A DNA stretch of 64,000 nt from Phaeosaccion multiseriatum. Taxonomy: Eukaryota; Protista; Ochrophyta, other classes. Of this stretch, positions 59,349 through 64,000 are shown piece after piece (the stretch's first letter is position 1; the number at the start of each line of letters is the position of its first letter). The stretch is from positions 1,364,001 through 1,428,000 of the forward strand of contig OZ218953.1 in the NCBI GenBank assembly GCA_965112735.1. The letters are read 5' to 3'. The notes under the pieces are model-generated. The model was not told the DNA's origin and searched no databases. It saw only the letters and a program-made list of their open reading frames with translations. A program made the translations under genes and the position numbers.

Positions 59349-62300
59349 CCTCTCTCTCTCTCCCTCTCTCCCTCTCACTCTCTTCAAGTCTCACTCTCTC
59401 TCTCCCCAAGCGCCTCTCCCTCCGTGCCTACCGCCCCTTGACTGCTCTTTGACTGTCCCCTGGCTGTCCTTTGACGGTCCCTTCTTCCTCAGGTGGTGGT
59501 GCAGCAGGAGGACCGAGACATGTGGAGCCTCTGTCTGGCCAAGGCCTTGGAGGGGGACGACGAGGGGCACTTCGACAACTCTCTACAGCACTGCCATTCC
59601 GCTGCGGAGAGGGCAAAGGTATCGATCGTAGACACACACGCACAATCGCGCCCAAACACGCGGGCTTATCAAGCCCCCCTCCCCTCCCGCCCTTCCTTCC
59701 TCCCCTCCCTCTCTCCCTCCCTCCCTCCCTCCCTTCCTCCCTCCCTCCCTCCCTCCCTTCCTCCCTCCCTCCCTCCCTCCCTCCCTCCCTCCCTCCCTCC
59801 CTCCCTCCCTCCCTCCCTCCCTCCCTCCCTCCGTCTCTCCCTCCCTCCCTCCCTCCCTCCCTCCCTCCCTCCCTCCCTCCGCCCCACACACGTTCTCTCC
59901 CTCCCCCCCCCCAAACCAGGTTCAATACGTGCGCGGCTCCTACTACTTCCGCAAGGGCCGTTTCGGCCTCGCGGCGCGCTTCTGGGCGAAGGCGCCTTGC
60001 TGCTTCGAGGAAGTTTGTCTCAAGCTGCAGGAAGCGGATGACATTCGCAGCAAGAGGGGGGGGCAGGACAACCATGGGGGCCAGGGAGGGACGGGGGGAG
60101 GAGGGGTGAGGGGGGGAGCGCTGCGGCTCTTCCTGAGGGAGAAGCTTGAGGCGCTGGAGGAGCAGCAAAGGCCGTCAGAGAGCAAGATGCAGAGGACCAT
60201 GCTATGCACCCTCATTACTGAGCATTTCCTCAAGGTGAGGGAGTTGGTGATACAGATGGAGGGAGGGAGGGAGAGGGAGAGGAAGAGAGGCAGGGGAGGG
60301 AGGGGAGGGAAGGAGGGAGGAACGGGAGGAGAGAGAGGCGGCGGGCGGGGACAGGGGGCGGGAGTGCCATCCAAGCTGAGCACTGGCACTTGGGCGTATG
60401 TAAGCGAATGTGTACCTTGTTATCGTGAAGAAAGGTGCGAAGGAAGGTGTTGAGGAAGGCTTCCCTCACTGTGATTAAGGCGTGAAGTAAGGCTTCCTCT
60501 CTCTGACCGGACCCGAACACTCGCCAAACGTATGTCATTGCTCTGTTGCTGCCCTGTTGTTGCACTGTTGCCCTACCTTTGCTGCCCTTGCTGCCCTTGT
60601 TGCAGGCCATGGACGAGGCTGAAGGCAGCTGCAGCAGCATTAGTGGTAGTAGTAGTAGTAGTAGTAGTGGTGGTACTAACAGCAGAGTCACAAAGGGCCA
60701 CAGCGGGGAGGTGGATGTGGAGGTTGAGAGGGAGGAGTTCCGTTTGTTCCTGCGTCGGTACTGCGCCTCTCTGGATCCTCGCACCACCCTGAGCCTGCTC
60801 GCCTCGCACGACAGACCCGCAGAGCTCCTTTTCTACGCTGAGCTCATCGAAGACTACGAGGTGGGTGGGTAGTAAGTCAATGGATGGGTGGGTAGTAAGT
60901 CAATGGATGGGTGGGTAGTAAGTCAATGGGAGGGTGGGGGGTGGATGCGTGCATACATATCGGTGGTGCCGTAGGAGGAAGGAGGGACGAGGGGTGGTGT
61001 GAGGGTATCGCTGCTGAGGACGATGGAACCAACCCAAGCCAACCCCCTTCCCTTTCCTCTCTCTCATCCTCTCCCCACTTTCTCCCCTCCCCCCACCCCT
61101 CACCCTCTCTCTCCTTCCCTCCCCTCCCTCTCCCTCCCTCCGTGTCTCTCTGCAGCGAGTCATCTCGTTCCACATGGCCTGCCGCCCTTCTCCCAACGTC
61201 TCCGCCGCTCTACGAGTGCTTCAAGAGGCCCCCTTCCCTCAAGTGGAAAGTCTCATTTACAAGCATAGCGCCAGACACATCCTGCAGGACCCGAGGGGTA
61301 CCATTTCGCTGTGGATGGACAAGCCACAGTTGAGGCCGGACAAGCTTATCCCGGCCTTTGTGCGCTACAGCCAGGCTAGGCAGTTGGTGATACAACAGCA
61401 GGGGCAGCACCGAGAGGAGGAGCCTGATTACGCTGTTGCCTATCTGGAGCATTGTGTCAACGTGTTGGGCAATCAAGACGCCGCCATCCACAACCATCTC
61501 CTCACGCTCTACGCACAGCACTACGAGCACGCCTCCTCTCGAGCGCTCAGCGAGGCAGGGGGAGGGACAGTATCATCAGGGGGGTTGTCGAGGGGGGGCA
61601 CAGGGACAGACACAGGGATAGGTGGTGAGTGTCACCGACGAAGGAAGGAAGGAAGGAAAGAGGGAAGGAGGGAGGGAGGAAGGAAGGAAGAATGGAAGGC
61701 GGGCCACTCACTCCGCTCATTCCACTCATCACTCACCCACTCACTCTCTCACTCACTCCACTCACTCCACTCCTTCACACACAGGGCCAGGGCCAGGAGG
61801 GGCAAGCACGAACATCAGTGCTGCGAGCTCAGCGGGGGCCAAACTTCTTGCCTTCGTGACGGTGGAGGAGCGGAGGCGCTTCTTCGACCTGCAGGTGAGC
61901 AAGTGCATGAGTCAATGGTTGGGTGGGCAGTAAGCCAGTGTATGAGTGAATGGGTGGGTGGGTGGGTGGGTGGGTGGGTGGGTGGAAAGGTGAATGAGAG
62001 CAAACGGGACAAGGCAATCTCTCTCTCTCTCTCTCTCTTCTCTTCCTGCCTCTCTCTCTCCCTCTATCCCGCTTGCCTCTCTGTCACTATTGCTGCATGC
62101 AAACAACGACAAGACCAACGACAACATCAACCAAATATCACCACCAAAACACCAACCCCACCCCCCATCCTCCCCACCACCACCACCCGAACCACCCAAC
62201 AAAACCGAACAGTACGCGCTGAGGATTTGTTCTGCTGCTGGCCACTCTCGTGCCTGCGTGCACGTGTACCTGGCGCTCGGCCTTTACTCCGAGGCCGTCT

Positions 62301-63712
62301 CCCTTGCCCTCACCATCAGCGAGGAGCTTGCCAAACAGGCGGCGGATGCAGGAGGGAAGGTGTCTGATGAGAAGCGCAAGGAGTTGTGGTTGGAGGTGGC
62401 GAAGCACTCCATCAGTGGATGGCAGTGGAAGGGGCAGAGGGGGGACGCGGATATGAAAAAAGCCCTCGCCATGCTGAATGAGTGCGACTTGCTAAGCGTA
62501 AGTATATGTACCTCGCCTCCTCCGCCCACCCCCTCTCTCTCCTCCTCCTCCTCCTCCTCCTCCTCCTCCTCCTCCTCTCTCCTCCTCCCCACTCTCTCCC
62601 CCCCACCTCTCGTTGCCTCTCTCCCTCCCTTCTCTCCCTCGCCTCCTCCTCGCCTCTGGTGGGAATGGAGCTCACTCAGTGCACCAACCGCATTCGTTCG
62701 TTGGTTCGTTCAATCGAATGAATCGCCGCTCTTTCGCCACTCCCTTCACCCTCTCCTCCCTCCCTCCCTCCCTCCCTCCCTCCCTTCTCTCCCCTCGCTC
62801 CACCCCCCCCCTCTTAGATCGAGGATCTGCTCCCCTTCTTTCCAGACTTTGCGGTCATCGACTCCTTCAAGGCGGAGATTTGCAACAGTCTGGAGAGATA
62901 CAACAAGAGAATCGAGGTTGGTGTGGTTGATGTGGTGTGTTGGTGGTCAGTTGGTTGGTTCGTTGGTTCGTTGGTTGGTTGGTGTGGTTGGTTGATTAGT
63001 TGCCTAGAGAACCAACAAGAGAATCGAGGTTGGCGTGGTTGATGTGGTTGGTTAGTTGGTTGGTTGGTTGGTTGGTCGGTGTGTTTGGTTGGTCGATTGG
63101 CGTGGTTGGTTGGTTGGTTGGTTGCCTAGAGAGAAACGACAAGAGAATCGAGGTTGGTGTGATTGGTTAGTTGGTTGATTGATTGGTTGGTCGGTTGGTG
63201 TCGTGGGTTGGTTGGTTGGTTGGTTGGTTGGTTGGTGTGGTCAGTTGGTTGGTTGGGTGGTTGGTTGGTTGGGTGGTTGGTGGGTTGCCTAGAGAAAAAC
63301 AACAAGAGAATCAAGGTTGGTGTGGTTGGTTGGTTGGTTGGTTGGTTGGTTGGTCGGTTGGTGTGGTTGGTTGGTTGGTTAGTTGGGTGATTGGTTGGGT
63401 GTGGTTAGTTAGTTGGTTAGTTAGTTGGTTGCCTAGAGAGATACATCAAGAGAATAGAGGTCGGTAGGTCGGTTGGTTGGTTGGTTGGGTTGCTTGTTTC
63501 TCGGGTCTGTGTCTGTGGTACACTGATTCCCTTCTCTCCCTCCCTCGCTCGCTCGCTCGCTCGCTCTCAAGGGTTTCCGTCGTGAGATGGACGAGTACAT
63601 GGAGGGCGCTGAGGCCCTTGAAGCAGAAATGAAGCAGCTCAAGGGAAGGAGCATTTATGTGTCTTGCCATCAGACGTGTGAGCTCTGCGGCGGCAACATA
63701 CTTAACAGCGAG
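55659..63712 (+). CDS. VPS18: Vacuolar protein sorting 18 (Pep3/deep orange), 3'-truncated by the window
   Basis: IFLDPTGSHL, ILVGTRDG, TRLYSF, FEEVCLK, LIPAFVRY, AIHNHLLTLY, YALRIC, RKELWLEVAK, IEDLLPFFPDFAVIDSFK, start of RING (CELC). Confidence 0.95.
62890..63470 (+). repeat. Tandem re-duplications of the VPS18 exon 3' end plus splice donor, spaced by (GGTT)n
   Basis: The true exon end AGATACAACAAGAGAATCGAG|GTTGGT (ending 62916) is copied with ends at 63028, 63152, 63315 and 63459. Confidence 0.85.
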
Positions 63713-64000
63713 GTGAGGGAGGGAGGGGGGGGCGGGGGGGACTTGGAGGGAGAGGAGTAGATACATAGGTATTAGACAGATAGATGGACTGATACAATTG
63801 TAGGTTAGTTGGGTATAAAGATCGGCTACATCGAGCGTCACCCAGAGACAGATGGCAACACAGCATATAGATACAAAGGAAGGACCTTGCCCACGTGCAT
63901 CAGCACCCCAAACAAAGGGACATGTCCAACTCTTGGCTCAACCCCTCTTGTTCTCACCCTCCTGCTCTACTTACTCTCCACGCCACTGCCCATACCCTAC

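Noticed and set aside
57214-60453. Long overlapping low-complexity ORFs (LSLSLS, PPSL, GGRE, poly-L/E)
   Set aside because: Frames through intronic microsatellites of VPS18.

Overview
Intron-rich, gene-dense eukaryotic nuclear DNA using the standard genetic code. Two genes have signal peptide + (A/C)SAF bipartite plastid presequences, and there is a phytochrome and a PACRG-family gene, which points to a photosynthetic stramenopile (ochrophyte); this is inference. About 17 multi-exon genes can be reconstructed: an M50/RseP-type protease (5'-truncated, lesioned), a plastid LEA-like protein, an RDM1-like RRM-RAD52 protein, a plastid PAP2 lipid phosphatase, ubiquilin/DSK2, a dual-specificity phosphatase, ALKBH8/TRM9, a PAS-GAF-PHY-HK-REC phytochrome, GT32, CNNM, a coiled-coil hypothetical protein, HSCB, RPS28, eIF2-alpha, RPN2, PACRG-like, a nitrilase-fold membrane protein and VPS18 (3'-truncated). 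There is also an ankyrin pseudogene, a cluster of CATG-ended MITE-like elements and a 55-bp minisatellite. The most notable observations are: (1) an intact phytochrome with an atypical bilin pocket (CGPCQ, i.e. CxxC plus His->Gln, and DVP); (2) an RDM1-type protein in an alga; (3) introns with G-rich 5' arms and complementary C-rich 3' arms, often built from amplified splice signals; (4) four duplicated exon-end/donor cassettes in a VPS18 intron, each able to add one in-frame heptad; (5) six head-to-head gene pairs. Exon boundaries were assigned by eye from GT-AG sites and frame continuity. No database searches were run.
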